Positions 1 through 11,947 of a DNA stretch of 64,000 bases are shown piece after piece (positions within the stretch are counted from its first letter, which is position 1; each line of letters starts with the position of its first letter). The DNA is taken from assembly GCA_951406725.2 (NCBI GenBank), contig OX597822.1:87234001-87298000 (forward strand), written 5' to 3'. The notes below the pieces were generated by a model. It did no database searches, was not told the origin of the DNA, and was given only the letters and a program-made list of their open reading frames with translations. The position numbers were made by a program, and so were the translations under genes. This stretch comes from Octopus vulgaris. Lineage: Eukaryota.

Positions 1-559
1 AGAAACGGAAAGAAAAATGTCACATATATATAAATGTGAATTGGAATCAAAAAGTTCCAATTCACATAAGCTATGTTTAATATAAAAATAACTTAGGGGC
101 CAGACCTCTTTGTCATTTAACATCTGTTTGTCATGCCAGCATGGGTTGGACAGTTTTGGAGGAGCTGGTAAGCCTAGGGATTGCACCAGGCTCCATTGTC
201 TGTTCTTGCATAGTTCTTTTCCACATATGTAGTAGATATATATATATGTATATATATGTATATATTGTATATATATATGTATATATGGTATATATATTTT
301 TATATATATATATATATATATGCATGTATAATATGTATATCATCATCATCATCATCATCATCATTAAACATCTGTTGTCCATGCTGGCATGGATTTGAGG
401 GTTTGACCTGGGCTGGCCAGCTGAAAGGCTACACTGGACAAGTCTATTGTAGTTCAGGCTTCCACCACTAGAAGTCACTTGATGCAACCCTCAGGCATCA
501 CTATGCCAACTGACGTCAGCAAGTGAAGTGATTCTGCCACTTGGTACTTCTTTGTTTTG

Positions 560-1453
560 CAGTGCTTCTCCCTTGTTCATCAATTTTTGCAATGGCTGAA
601 ATGAAGGAACCACATGCTTCCTTGAAATTTTGTTTTCAAACAAAACAGTGGCTGAAACAGCTGTCATTGCTTCAAACAGCTTACAAGGATGTTGCCATGA
701 ACAAAACACAAGTTTACGAATGGCTTTCATGCTTTAGGAATGGCTACTTGTTGCTTGAAGACCAGCCTCATTCAGGACGTTGGTCAACCTCCGGAATGAA
801 TGTAAACACGAACTGATTTTGGAGGATCATCACCGAATAATTGAGTTATTGATCTGACTGGTGAGTCCTGGAGCCCCCGTCAATGAATTCTGAGGGAAGA
901 ATTGCGACTGAAAAGAGTTGCAGCAAAATTTGTGCCTTGCTTGCTCACGAAAGATCAAAAGTAGTCATGAATGATTGTGTGTCGTGTACTGAAAGAACAG
1001 CTGGAAGTTGATTCAGACCCTTTTTTTGAAGGTCATCACTGGTGATGAAAGCTGGTGTTATGGAATTTGCAGATGTGGAAGAGATGAAGAAAAAAGCAAC
1101 AGAGGCATCTAAAAGTATCACTTCGCAAGAGTTCCAGCACTGCTTCGAATAGTGGAAAATGTGTTGACTGGCCCCCGTGCTGGTGGCTCGTAAAAAGCAC
1201 CCACTACACTCTCGGAGTGGTTGACGTTAGGAAAAGCATCCAGGTGTAGAAACATTGCCAGATGCAGCCTCCGGGTTTGCCAGACCTCAGTCAAACCGTC
1301 CAACCCATGCCAGCATGGAAAGCGGGTGTTAAACGATGATGATGTTGCAATACTTCAAATAGAGAATACTTTGAAGGCAATAAAAGTGTAGACATGTAAA
1401 ACTAAGTGAATAAAATTACATTGCAAAATTCCAGTTTCTTTTAGGTACCCCCT
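560..1453 (+). mobile_element. Decayed mariner transposon with a nested LINE 3'-tail fragment (~1170..1345)
   Basis: VYEWLSCFRNG..LEDQPHSGR.STS (HTH region) and KVITGDESWCYG (first D of the DDD motif); frameshifts and stops. Confidence 0.8.
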
Positions 1454-1501
1454 TGTGTATGTATATATATGTGTGTGTATGTATATATATATGTATGTAT
1501 G

Positions 1502-1534
<33 letters not shown>

Positions 1535-1616
1535 ATATATATTAAAGATTGATGGAGAAGACAGAGTGTACCAAAAAGCAATCTATTATCATGTCAGTTG
1601 TTTCATCTTCATGATA

Positions 1617-2031
1617 CACTGCAGCCACCCTTTTGTCCCGGAGTAGCACCACCTCCTCCATGCACTTGATGTAGGCCTCCATGTTGAGTCTGATGCTGTG
1701 TAGGAAGATGAATGGAGTCAAATTGTTGCCATCACTAGTGATTACTCCAAACATCATGATGTTGACTGGATGTTTGATTTTTGTCACTCTCGACATGCTC
1801 TCACATTGACACCCAAACACTCTGAAATGCTTTTGGCATGAACGCCAAGCAGTACAGCATGTTGTTTCCAAATTTCTGGCAGAGCGAATTGCATCATGAT
1901 GCTGTTTTCCTTATAGACGATGCCCAACTGACCCTACTGTACTGTGTAGTCGACAAACTCAAAAACAAACAATACACATGCACGAAATTAAAAATATATA
2001 ATAGTGACAATTTGCACATTGCACCCAGTAT
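1617..2031 (-). mobile_element. Internally deleted Tc1/mariner (maT-like) element
   Basis: KHPVNIMMFGVITSDG..PFIF..RLN.EAYIKC; same family and similar deletion as 14819..15300. Confidence 0.7.
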
Positions 2032-2344
2032 ACACACACACATACACATATACATACAAACATACATGCATATATACATACAAACATATATGCATATATA
2101 TATATACATATCATCATCATCATGCTTTAGTGTCTGTTCTCCATGTTGGCATGTGTGTATGTGTATATATATATATGCATACCTACAGTGTACTATCCAC
2201 AAACAACTAATAGGCTCAATACCCAACCATTCCGAGTATCCAAAATGCAGGTCTGCTTAGATTCTTGCGGTTATTTGTATGAAGACAGAATTAAATAAAA
2301 TTGGTTTCAACTGATGACTTCCAAAAGTTGTGATATCCACATTT

Positions 2345-2705
2345 GCTATCTTTAACTTGTTTCAGTCATTAGACTATGGCCATACTGGGGCACCACCTTG
2401 AAGAATTTTTAGTTGAATGAATCAGCCTGAGTACCTATTTTATTGTTAAGCCTGATACTTACTCTACCGGTCTCTTTTTTTGCCCAACAGCTAAGTTATA
2501 GGGATGTAAACACACCAACACTGGTTGTCGAGTGGTGGTGGGGAACAAATACAAACACACACGCACACACATACAATGGGCTTCTTTCAGCTTCCCTCTA
2601 TCAAATCCACTCACAATGCTTTAGTCAGCCAGAAGCTGTAGTAGAACACACTTGCTCAAAGTGCCATGCAGTGAGACTGAACCTGGAATCATGTGGTTGG
2701 GAACT
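2345..2705 (-). mobile_element. tRNA-derived SINE, family A (ggcgcaggagtggctgtgtggtaag head; also at 13670..13830+, 32892..33070+, 35551..35900+, 46010..46370-, 47280..47582-, 61600..61950-)
   Basis: Shared gggttcagtcccactg..ggcaccttgggcaagtgtcttctactatag..gtggatttggtagac core in many copies. Confidence 0.75.
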
Positions 2706-3168
2706 GAAATACCCCAGAGCCATGCTTGCATCCATCTGTTGAAAATTTCTGGTTTTTTTTTGTTTTTTTGCTTTAAAAAGTTTGAAATCAATTTTTATAA
2801 AATATGATAGCTGCAATGACCTCAAAGCTCCACTAGTTTTTCTCCATTTCCTTTTGTCTTTTCTTAATTCGTCTCATGTATAAAGTTATTCCTTTTGTTG
2901 GTCTTTATTACAAATGAAATCATCACATCATCACTTTTACTAAAATTATGAAGGGGCAGTAGATCAGCAGAATCATTAGTGTTGGGTTCAAATCCCATCA
3001 ACACCAACTTTACGTTCCATCCTTTCAGGGTTGATTAAATGGAATTTCAGTCAAGTACTGACGTTTGTAGAATCAACTTAACCCTTTCTCTAAATTTTAA
3101 ACTTTCTGCCTCTGCTAGAAACAAGTTAGAAAGGCTTATTTATTTATTTATTTATATATTTTTTACAG

Positions 3169-3351
3169 ATACAATTGTGAGTCCTGATCCTGTAGTTAAT
3201 GTTGAACACATTGTCAGCAAGTCACGTCGGAATGTGGTACTAAACATCAATGATACTTTAAGCATGATGAGTAGTCAGTCTCTTGTAATTAAACCAGGTG
3301 TGCTATCTCAGGGACGAGACTATATCATTCGTGTAAATGTCTCAAAAAAAG
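3169..3351 (+). CDS. PKD1L1: PKD1L1-like exon (REJ region): DTIVSPDPVVNVEH...GRDYIIRVNVSKK
   Basis: ttttacAG acceptor, GTtcgt donor, phase 1/1, open frame. Confidence 0.8.
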
Positions 3352-3524
3352 GTTCGTTTGTTCTTCTTTTGTGCTGTTATTTTAAAAATTAAAACAGTTT
3401 TGTAAATTAGGTCGTTAAGTTTCTATCTGTTGAGAGATTTAATTCAACTTTGAAATTGATGTTGTAGTGTGCAGAGAGTGTAAAATTGATTTATCGGTTT
3501 ATGCAGGTACTTTTTCTTCTACAG

Positions 3525-3676
3525 ATAATGATACCGATAAGGGTACATACGGAGTTGCCTATGCCCATTTCCATATTAACGAGAGTCCATATTTAGGAAG
3601 CTGCAACATCAAGCCATTACAAGGAGTAGAAATGAAAACCTCTTTTAGTGCATTCTGTTATGAATGGAAAGATAAA
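3525..3676 (+). CDS. PKD1L1: PKD1L1-like exon (REJ): DNDTDKGTYGVAY...INESPYLGSCNIKPLQG...FCYEWKDK
   Basis: ttcttctacAG / GTaagt; REJ motif N.sP..GsC.i.P..G..F...C..W.D. Confidence 0.9.
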
Positions 3677-3795
3677 GTAAGTACTCTTGTGCTTCGGGTT
3701 CTAAACTATAATTTAAATAAACACCCTGACCTGAAAATGTTCTCAAGGTTATGCCTTCTATGTAGCAATAAAACAAATCTCACTCTATATTTCAG

Positions 3796-3925
3796 CACCA
3801 ACCTTTGATTTATGAGATCAGTTATAATTTTGAAAAGAACCAACGGAAGAACTTGCTTTATCGTGGCCTCAATGCAACCTTAAACTTTATGTTACCAGCA
3901 GGAAATCCAGAAAATAATTTTAAAG
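3796..3925 (+). CDS. PKD1L1: PKD1L1-like exon (REJ): HQPLIYEISY...LYRG...FMLPAGNPENNFK
   Basis: tttcAG / GTaggt; PL.Y and LP.G REJ motifs; phase 0/1. Confidence 0.9.
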
Positions 3926-4029
3926 GTAGGTAGATATGATATCTCCTGTTATGGATTTTTGACAATTTTCTGACCTTGCACAAGGTTTCACAAAATTTAC
4001 ACACTCTTATAGAAGGACACACACACATA

Positions 4030-4250
4030 CACATAGGTCTCTCAGGTTTTTTAGAAGGATATTGGAGTGCTGTGGGCCCTTGAAACCCAAGTTGTTATAG
4101 TATCTGGTCCTGTATCTTGATGGCAATGTTAGGATCTGTAGCACTATGCAGTGGCACCCAACTCTGGTATTTGTGTAACTTTCAGTGCCAATGTTTGGTA
4201 CAAGTCCTTCCAGAACTTTCCAGATGTATATCACAGCATACCTGTCTCAT
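4030..4250 (-). mobile_element. CR1-clade LINE 3' fragment
   Basis: IYIWKVLEGLVPN C-terminal motif; homologous to 39900..40330. Confidence 0.65.
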
Positions 4251-5407
4251 TCTATTTTGCAAACTTTTCTTTTCCATTATACCCATACAAAAATGATTGG
4301 AGGGAAGCTTGTTATGAAAAAATTTTTTGAAAATTTATGAATTCTCCCTCCTCACTTCTGAACCCTAACCCTAAATTCACTTCTCAACTGATTTTGTTGG
4401 ATTAAAAAATTTTTTTGCACTTATAAAGATTGGGAGACACCCTTTCAGTAAAAAAATTAATTGTTTTGAAATGTTATGAATTCTTTCAATTTGTCCTCCC
4501 CAACTCTACTGACTTTGGCCAATTTTTTGGCACTACACACTTAAAGATGATGGGAGAACCTTTGAAGTTTTAAAAAAAGGAAAATTTTTGGTAATCAGTT
4601 CTCACTTTTCAATCTCTGCTTTCTTAGAATTTTCAAACAAAAAGATGAGGCATGATTTAAAAACAATAGTGAAATCTTCTTTAATTCTTTCTTTAACCCT
4701 GCCCCTCCATAAGTCCTGAATTTTTGTTTTTTCTTTTTCCTGAAATTTTTTCTAATCATAATTTTAAAATGAGAACAATCTAAATGTGCAATTTGTGTCT
4801 GTTTATAATTTCAAAATAATTTTCAGATAGACAAGTGATTTAAGGGAGGTTTACCTGTTGTTTCTAGTACATCCCATGGCCACCTACTAACTTGCTCGTT
4901 TCTTTGTCACTCTGACATATATTGATGTTTTCCAATATTTTTCTCCCCATAAACAGTTTCTGGAATGATAATGTGGTGCTCTGTTGCTTGTATGTAAGCA
5001 ACAAACAACAAAACAAAAAATTTATAACTTTAATTTTTAATGCCCCACCACACATGAAGCATATGTGAGTGTGTGTAAGAAAAAACATATTTACTAACAG
5101 TAAAATATGCTATTAAAATAAATTATCATTTACATACCTTTTTTAAATCACTGTCACCCAAATGAAAACTCTTATACACACAGACACACACACACAGTGT
5201 GAGCAAATATACTTTTATACAAAGTGAGAGAGAGTGTGGTAAAAATGTATAGAAAGGGGTAAGTAGTTTACCATGAGTAAAGAGAGAGAGAGAGATCTTT
5301 TTTGTTGTCACAGATTTTGAAATTTTAAAATTAAGGGAAAGTTTTCAAATTGGTATATTGATATACTTTTTCACACTGAATCCAAGTTTGTGAAAATTTT
5401 AGAAAAA

Positions 5408-5722
5408 TATCATCATCATCACCATCATCGTTTAACATCCGTCTGGGGTCTGGGAAGCCAGTAGGCTGCGCCAGGCCCAGTCTGATCTGGCAGTGTTTCT
5501 ACAGCTGGATGCCCTTCCTAACGCCAACCACTCCGTGAGTATAGTGGGTACTTTTTACATGCCACCTGCACAGGTGCCAGACGAGGCTGGCAAACGGCCA
5601 CGATCGGATGGTGCTTCTTACGTGCCACCGGCACAGAGGCCAGTCGGGGCGGCGCTGGCAACGGCCACGTTCGGATGGTTCTCTTATGTGCCACCAACAC
5701 TGGTATCACAGCTACAATTTCC
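5408..5722 (-). mobile_element. (GAT)n-tailed 3' end of the RTE-PHD LINE family (5'-truncated copy)
   Basis: Shared ggatgcccttcctaacgccaaccact core, gtgccaccggcac repeats and (CAT)n on the + strand. Confidence 0.8.
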
Positions 5723-6267
5723 ATCTAATCAGAAAACAGGATTTGTGTGTAATAGTTGTCATAAACTGAAAAAAAGCATTATAAGATGAGGTTTTATACA
5801 AAATGAAAGCAATGCATTAGAGCTAATTATACACATAAAGAGAGTGGATATCAAAGTGTATGGTAAATATATAGAGAGAGACATTAGTGGTGAAAGATAG
5901 AGAGTGGCAGAGTTGTTGATATAAAAGTTAATGAATTTTTATATTATTATTTATTGTTATTTATTTCTTATTATCACTTACTTATTTTTTTTTTTCTCTC
6001 AGGGCGCTTACACTCTGTTGTGTATGCACACTGACATTACACATCCAGTGGAGCATACTAGCATCATTCCTTGCAAGCTTATGCATGTCCTCAGTATTTC
6101 TTTGGGATTCAAATTTCTAAAATCATGTCCTATTTATTTCTTTGGGATTCAAATTTCTAAAATCAAATTAATTTTTCTCAAAGATGCACAGCTTTCAAAC
6201 TCTTTTGGGCTAAACACACATAACCACATGCATTCGCATATATATATAGTACATGTGTGTGTGTGTG

Positions 6268-7567
6268 ATCATCATTGTTTAACATCTACTTTCCATGTTG
6301 GCATGGGTTGGATGGTTTGACTGAGGGCTGGCAAACCAGAAGGCTGCACAAGGGTCCAATCCAATCTGGCAATGTTTCTGCAGGCGGATGCCCTTCCTAA
6401 CACCAACCACTACAAGAGTGCAGTGTGTGCTTTTTACATGCCATCAGTACGAGATCCAGTCACACAGTACTGGTAATGACCATGCTTGAATGGTGCTTTT
6501 TACATGCCACCAGCAGGGGACCAGTCAGGCAGCACTGGCAACAATCACGCTCAAATGGTGGTTTTTTTACGTGCCACCAGCACAGGTGCCAATCAGTCGG
6601 TACTGTCATCGGCCACAACAATGACGTCACTTTCCTCTACAGGTCTTTGCAAGTGCATTTTATTTCCCAATGATTGAAGGGTACCCTTAAATGGTTTGGT
6701 TATGGTCCCACTTGGCTTGTCGGGTCTTCTCAAGTACAGCATATCTCCAAAGGTTTTGGCAACATGTCATTGCCTTGGTGAGGCCCAACATTCAAAGGTC
6801 ATGCTTTACCACCTCATCCCAGGTCTTCTTGGGTGTACCTCTTCCACAGGTTCCCTCTACTGCTAGGGTGTGACACTTTTTCACACAGCTATCCTCATCC
6901 ATACACAACACATGATCATACCAGTACAGTCATCTCTCTTGCACACCACATCTGATGCTTCTTATGTCCAACTTTTCTCTCAGGGCACTTACACTCTGTT
7001 GTGTATGCACACTGACATTACACATCCAGTGGAGCATACTAGCATCATTCCTTGCAAGCTTATGCATGTCCTCAGTAGTCATGGCCCATGTTTCACTGTC
7101 ATGTAGCATGGATGTTTGCACACATACATCATACAGTCTACCTTTCATTGAGTGAGAGGTCCTTTGTAAAGGTGCTCTCTGAACTTTACCCAGGCTGTTC
7201 TTATTCTAGCAGCTACACTTTTAGCGCATCCTCTCCCGCTACTGACTTGGTCACCTAGGTAACGGAAGCTATCAACTACTTGCAGTTTCCCCCCTGGAAT
7301 GTGACGGAAGCTGTTTTCTGCACATTTTCAGTGTTTATTGCCCTTGAGCATTTGCCACACACAAAAACTATCTCCCCAATTAGCCTTCCTTTGATATTGC
7401 CGCACCTCTTATGTGTCCATAGCTTACACCGGGTACATCTTATGGAGTTTCTACCTACACCTTTTCTTCAGATCGAGCAAGGCCATCTACCTGAAGGGAT
7501 TTGTGGTTTGTCTGCCTTCCTACTTATTAAGACTTTGGCTTTTGCTAGATTGACTCTAAGGCCCTTT
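6268..7567 (-). mobile_element. RTE-clade LINE 3' part with PHD finger after RT, decayed
   Basis: GRWPCSI...GVGRNSIRCTRCKLWTHKRC..VCGKC and KGRLYDVCV..MLH.SETWA, contiguous with the (GAT)n tail. Confidence 0.85.
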
Positions 7568-8051
7568 GTGTGTGTGAGAGAAAGAGAGATAGTCTCTCTT
7601 TGTGTTGTTTGTCCCCAACTACTGTTTCACAACTGGTGTTAGTTTGTTTATGTCCTTGTAACTGAGGAGTTCAGCAAAAGAGACCAAGAGAATAAGTACC
7701 AAGCTTAAAGAAAACAGTGCTTTGGTCAATTTGTTTGACTAAACCCTTTAAAGTTGGTGTCCCAGCATGACCACAACCCAATAACAGAAACAACTAAGAG
7801 ATAAAAGCAGCAAAAAAAAAAAGCTATATACATGCATCCAAAAGGCTTCGACATAATTTCCAAATTTTAATCGCATGACTATTTATTAGGTCTGAAAATA
7901 AAAGACTTTATAAAGATACAACTATCAATTCATTTACTTTCATTACAATTTGTACATGTACCATACACACAGAAATTTAATTAAGGAGGATTATATTCCA
8001 TCTAATAAAAACCTTGTTATTTGAAAGTTTGCAGTCGTTAATACATTACTT

Positions 8052-8221
8052 TAACCCTTTAGTATTCTTTGTCAAACATATTGCCGTAATGTTCTCATTA
8101 TTTGGAATTAATCATGCATTATTTCGTAGCTTCCAGATTTCAATAGTATGCTTATATATTTTTAAAATGACATTGTAAGGAAGGTGTGAGAGACGACCAG
8201 ATTAAATGCTGAAGGATTCAA
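8052..8221. mobile_element. piggyBac-like MITE remnant
   Basis: TTAA-CCCTT 5' end and decayed opposite end. Confidence 0.4.
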
Positions 8222-8299
8222 TTCCTCTACATTACATTTCATCCTGTATACATCTGTACACCACTAAATGTTAATACATGTTTTATATACTCTTGACAG

Positions 8300-8402
8300 T
8301 CAATGTGTATATTGCCGTGATGGACAGCTTGGGAGCTCGAACGTCTGTTTGTTTCATACCTATTACAGTGACACCAATCGAAAGTGGTGCTGATGATTAT
8401 CT
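8300..8402 (+). CDS. PKD1L1: PKD1L1-like exon (end of REJ): VNVYIAVMDSLGARTSVCFIPITVTP
   Basis: ttgacAG / GTaagt; V.V.D.LGA motif; phase 1/2. Confidence 0.9.
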
Positions 8403-8911
8403 GTAAGTAAAAAATGTCTGCTTTCTTTCTGTTTGAAATGAAAAGTTCTTGGTTTTCTTACAATATTATAATCATTGATTTTTGTTGTTAATTAGCTCTG
8501 ATCAGCTCAGCTTCATCACACCTATGGCAGCAAGGCAGCACTAATTCACAAAGCGAACAATGTTCTCGTTATGGTTGTCTCATCTTTATTGAGAATCATG
8601 TCATTGCTTCACTTCTGTTACATTTCAAAGACAATCAAGGGTTTAGTCTGTGCACACGGTAGTGATGGGGTGGATGAGTTATATAACATGGGGATCTCGT
8701 ACCCAATGTGTTTCTGCTGAGTTAACATCTGCTTGGAACTGCAACAATTCTTTGCAAGGTTTTTGAAGCATGACCAGTAAAATAAGTGTCACCTCAGTCT
8801 GCTGGCTGTGGACACTTTCCATCATACCCAACAAAATAAGCTGTGAGTTTGCATTACATAATAATAATAATAATAATAGTAATAATAATAATTATAATAA
8901 TAATAATAATA

Positions 8912-9466
8912 AAATGCCCTGATGCAGTACCAGGCAGTGGCTCTCATGGCTTCTGATCTTAACTGATTGGAAGTGTCATCATGTACGTTATTTTGTCTTG
9001 GTATAAAAGATGGGCTACAGCAAATATTCTGCTCAATACCACAGATTTGCTTGTCAGTTGTTTGACCTTAACCAGTTGAGCATGTCTCTTAGTGGCTGAC
9101 GATATGTGCATCTCTGATCACGAGCAGAAGTAGTGGGGGAGCACCATAGCCATGTGTTGAGATGGATTCTTTGGGGTTTGAATAATTCACCTCTGGAAAC
9201 ATGGGTGGTTCTTTCAACATCCTTAAACAACCCTTATTCAGGGACCTTTTGAGCGGAATGGGCTACTCGACCTGAAGAAAATTCTAACTGGGCCCCACCT
9301 GCAAGGTCATGCGCTGTTTACCTTGATATGATATCACCATGTCGCGCACATATGGTTGTGATGCATGTGCCTGGTGTACCCTTATCAGACAGGTAGTCAT
9401 GATGGTATATTGGGCTTCGTATATTTTACCCCAGTGTCACTTTGATGACATGAACTGCTCTCTCAC
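8912..9466. mobile_element. Non-coding ~555-bp insertion within an (AAT)n tract
   Basis: Higher-GC unique-looking block bounded on both sides by (AAT)n (8858..8911, 9467..9503). Confidence 0.55.
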
Positions 9467-9527
9467 ATAATAATAATAATAATAATAATAATAATTATAA
9501 TAACAATTCTTTTTATGTCATTTGCAG

Positions 9528-9708
9528 AAATAACACATTGAGGCGCTATTTGGCTGAAGGTGATGATCGAAATGCACGAATATTCGTTAATATGCTGGCA
9601 ATCCGACTCAACCGGTTTAATCCTATAAATGAGTCAATGAAGAATTCCAGCTGGAAAACCAGGCATTCACTTTTGAAAATCTTGAACAGTTTACCAGTTC
9701 GAGATGAG
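9528..9708 (+). CDS. PKD1L1: PKD1L1-like exon: LNNTLRRYLAEGDD...RHSLLKILNSLPVRDE
   Basis: tttgcAG / GTttgt; phase 2/0; helical GAIN-A-like segment. Confidence 0.85.
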
Positions 9709-11009
9709 GTTTGTACTTTCTTATTTTTCTCCTTTTAATGTCATTCAATGTTCTTGATTGCTAAAAGGTTTCCCCAGAAGCATTAGAATACTTCAAAACT
9801 GGTTTACAACCTCATTATTTGTTTAATACCTCCTGAAAACAAAAGAATTTTTCAGTTTGTCAAAAGATGAATTGAATTATTGGAACGAAAACCGTAGTAC
9901 CACTTTAATAGTTTGTAATATAGGCTTACGGTTAGAAATTTAGGAGGGGTTGGTTCTTAACTTGTAATCTATTTTATTGATCCGAGAGAGCTGAAACGTA
10001 AAACCCACTTTGGTGGGATTTGAAATCAGAATGCACAGCTCAAAAACAAATGATGCAAAACATTTCATAGGACACTGTAATCATTCTGCCAATCTACAAC
10101 CTTTGAATAATATTTTTAGCAATAATAATAGCTTCAAATTTTGGCAAGTCCAGTAATTTTAAGGGGAGACTACATTGATCCCTGTATTTGCTTGGTACTT
10201 TATTTTCATCAACCCTAGAGAGATGACTGGTATACTTGACATTGGTGGAATTTAAACTGAGAATGTAAAAAACCTAAAGAATTATTGCAAGTCATTTTTT
10301 ATGCTGCTTAAATGATTTTGCCCACTCACTGCCCTCTAATAGTGATGATGAAGGTGAAAAGGACGATGCCAATGTCCATGACAGTGAGGAAAATAAGGAT
10401 GAGAACAATGACGGTAATAATAATGATGTTGATGATGATGATGATGGTGAATAATGATAAGAAGAGGAAGAAGGAGAAGGAAAAGGAGGACTATGATGAC
10501 AACAATGCCAAAGAAGAAGAAAAAGTATACTAGTGGTGGTAAATGTGTTTAGTTTTATCCAAGTTGATACATAGAATCTTTACATTTGTGTTCCGTCAGA
10601 TAAAGAAGAAACTTATGAAAGAATCACCTGCAGTTCTTGAAACTGTTTCATGATTATTCATCAGACATTTTGTCCTTATTAACACAACAGTGTTCAAGCA
10701 GAAAAGTTGAATGGATAGGATTTTGGACTGCCAGCTCATCATTCTTGGATTCAAATGCACTGCAGACATTTCATTATCAATTTACATTTAATTCTAAATC
10801 ATTTGGTTTGTCTTCAGAGACAGATGCAGTAAGAATTTATCTCTTAATCATTCTACAACCATTAGATCAAAGTTCAGTTTCATCTCTTCAATTGGATGTT
10901 CCAATATTATTAGCTCTCTCATTATCCATCTTATAGAAATTCATTCTTTTTTTCCCCCCATTTGTTGTAAAAATCTTTTCATAAAGGCTCTGCATTTTGA
11001 AAATATTTG

Positions 11010-11615
11010 GGCCTCTACCTGGGATGTAGCCAGTCGACTTATGCATACCTTTCCTTCTTGGGACACAAAACTCCACTTGTGAAGACCCGTTGAGGCAAGT
11101 GGAAATCAGAAATCATAACCAAAATCGAAGTCGATCAACATCAATGGAAATTGCCGCTGTGATACCAGTGCCGGTGGCACGTAAGCGAACCATCCGATCG
11201 TGGCCGTTGCCAGCCTTGCCTGGCCCCATGCCGGTGGCACGTAAAAAGCACCACTTGACCGTGGCCATTGCCAGCGCCACCCTGACTGGCCTCCGTGCCG
11301 GTGGCACGTAAAAAGCACCATCCGATCGTGGCCGTTGCCACCCTCGCCTGGCCCCCGTGCCGGTGGCACGTAAAAAGCACCATCCGTCTGTGGCTGTTTG
11401 CCAGTCCCATCTAGCACCTGTGCCGGTGGCACGTAAAAAGCACCCACTACACTCACGGAGTGGTTGGCATTAGGAAGGGCATCCAGCCGTAGAAACATTG
11501 CCAGATCAGACTGGGCCTGGTGCAGCCTTCTGTCTTCCCAGACCCCAGTTGACCTGTCCAACCCATGCTAGCATGGAAAGCGGATGCTAAATGATGTTAA
11601 TGATGATGATGATGA
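11010..11615 (+). mobile_element. RTE-PHD LINE 3' UTR copy with five ~62-bp hairpin repeats and (GAT)n tail
   Basis: gtgccggtggcacgtaa units at ~11168, 11228, 11295, 11357 and 11420. Confidence 0.85.
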
Positions 11616-11890
11616 CACTTGCTATTATTAACGAGGCTTTTGACAATGTAGTCAGAGAATAACTTTACATTCTACACATTTACACTGAGGTTTATTTACT
11701 CTATCACTCCTTTTTTGTTGATAAAATAAATAAGAGTTATATACTAATGTTAACCTTATCAACTAAGTTTATGAACTCCTTCAAAATCTGAACATTGTTT
11801 CCCATATCTGAAAAGTTCAATATTGAAATTTGTTCAGCATGATTTCATGTCGACCTTGTCAATTTATTAGATTAATTGGTTTTATTTCAG

Positions 11891-11947
11891 TTTGAAACTC
11901 TTCAGACAATGCAAGCTGTTGAATCCATTACACTGAAAACAGATGAG
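11891..11947 (+). CDS. PKD1L1: PKD1L1-like small exon: FETLQTMQAVESITLKTDE
   Basis: tttatttcAG / GTaata; 57 nt, phase 0/0. Confidence 0.75.

Noticed and set aside
131-487. ORFs rich in YIYI/CVCV/HTHT/poly-I/poly-H (also 1838, 25205, 30595, 33002, 43317 and others)
   Set aside because: Translations of (TA)n, (TG)n, (AAT)n and (CAT)n microsatellites.
10635-10670. Minus-strand CTGATGA-ataatcat-GAAA-cagttt hammerhead-like string
   Set aside because: Only a 2-bp stem II, non-palindromic stem III and no convincing stem I.
11160-11450. CRISPR-like repeat/spacer appearance
   Set aside because: Intervening segments are homologous to each other, the context is a eukaryotic LINE 3' UTR, and there are no cas genes.
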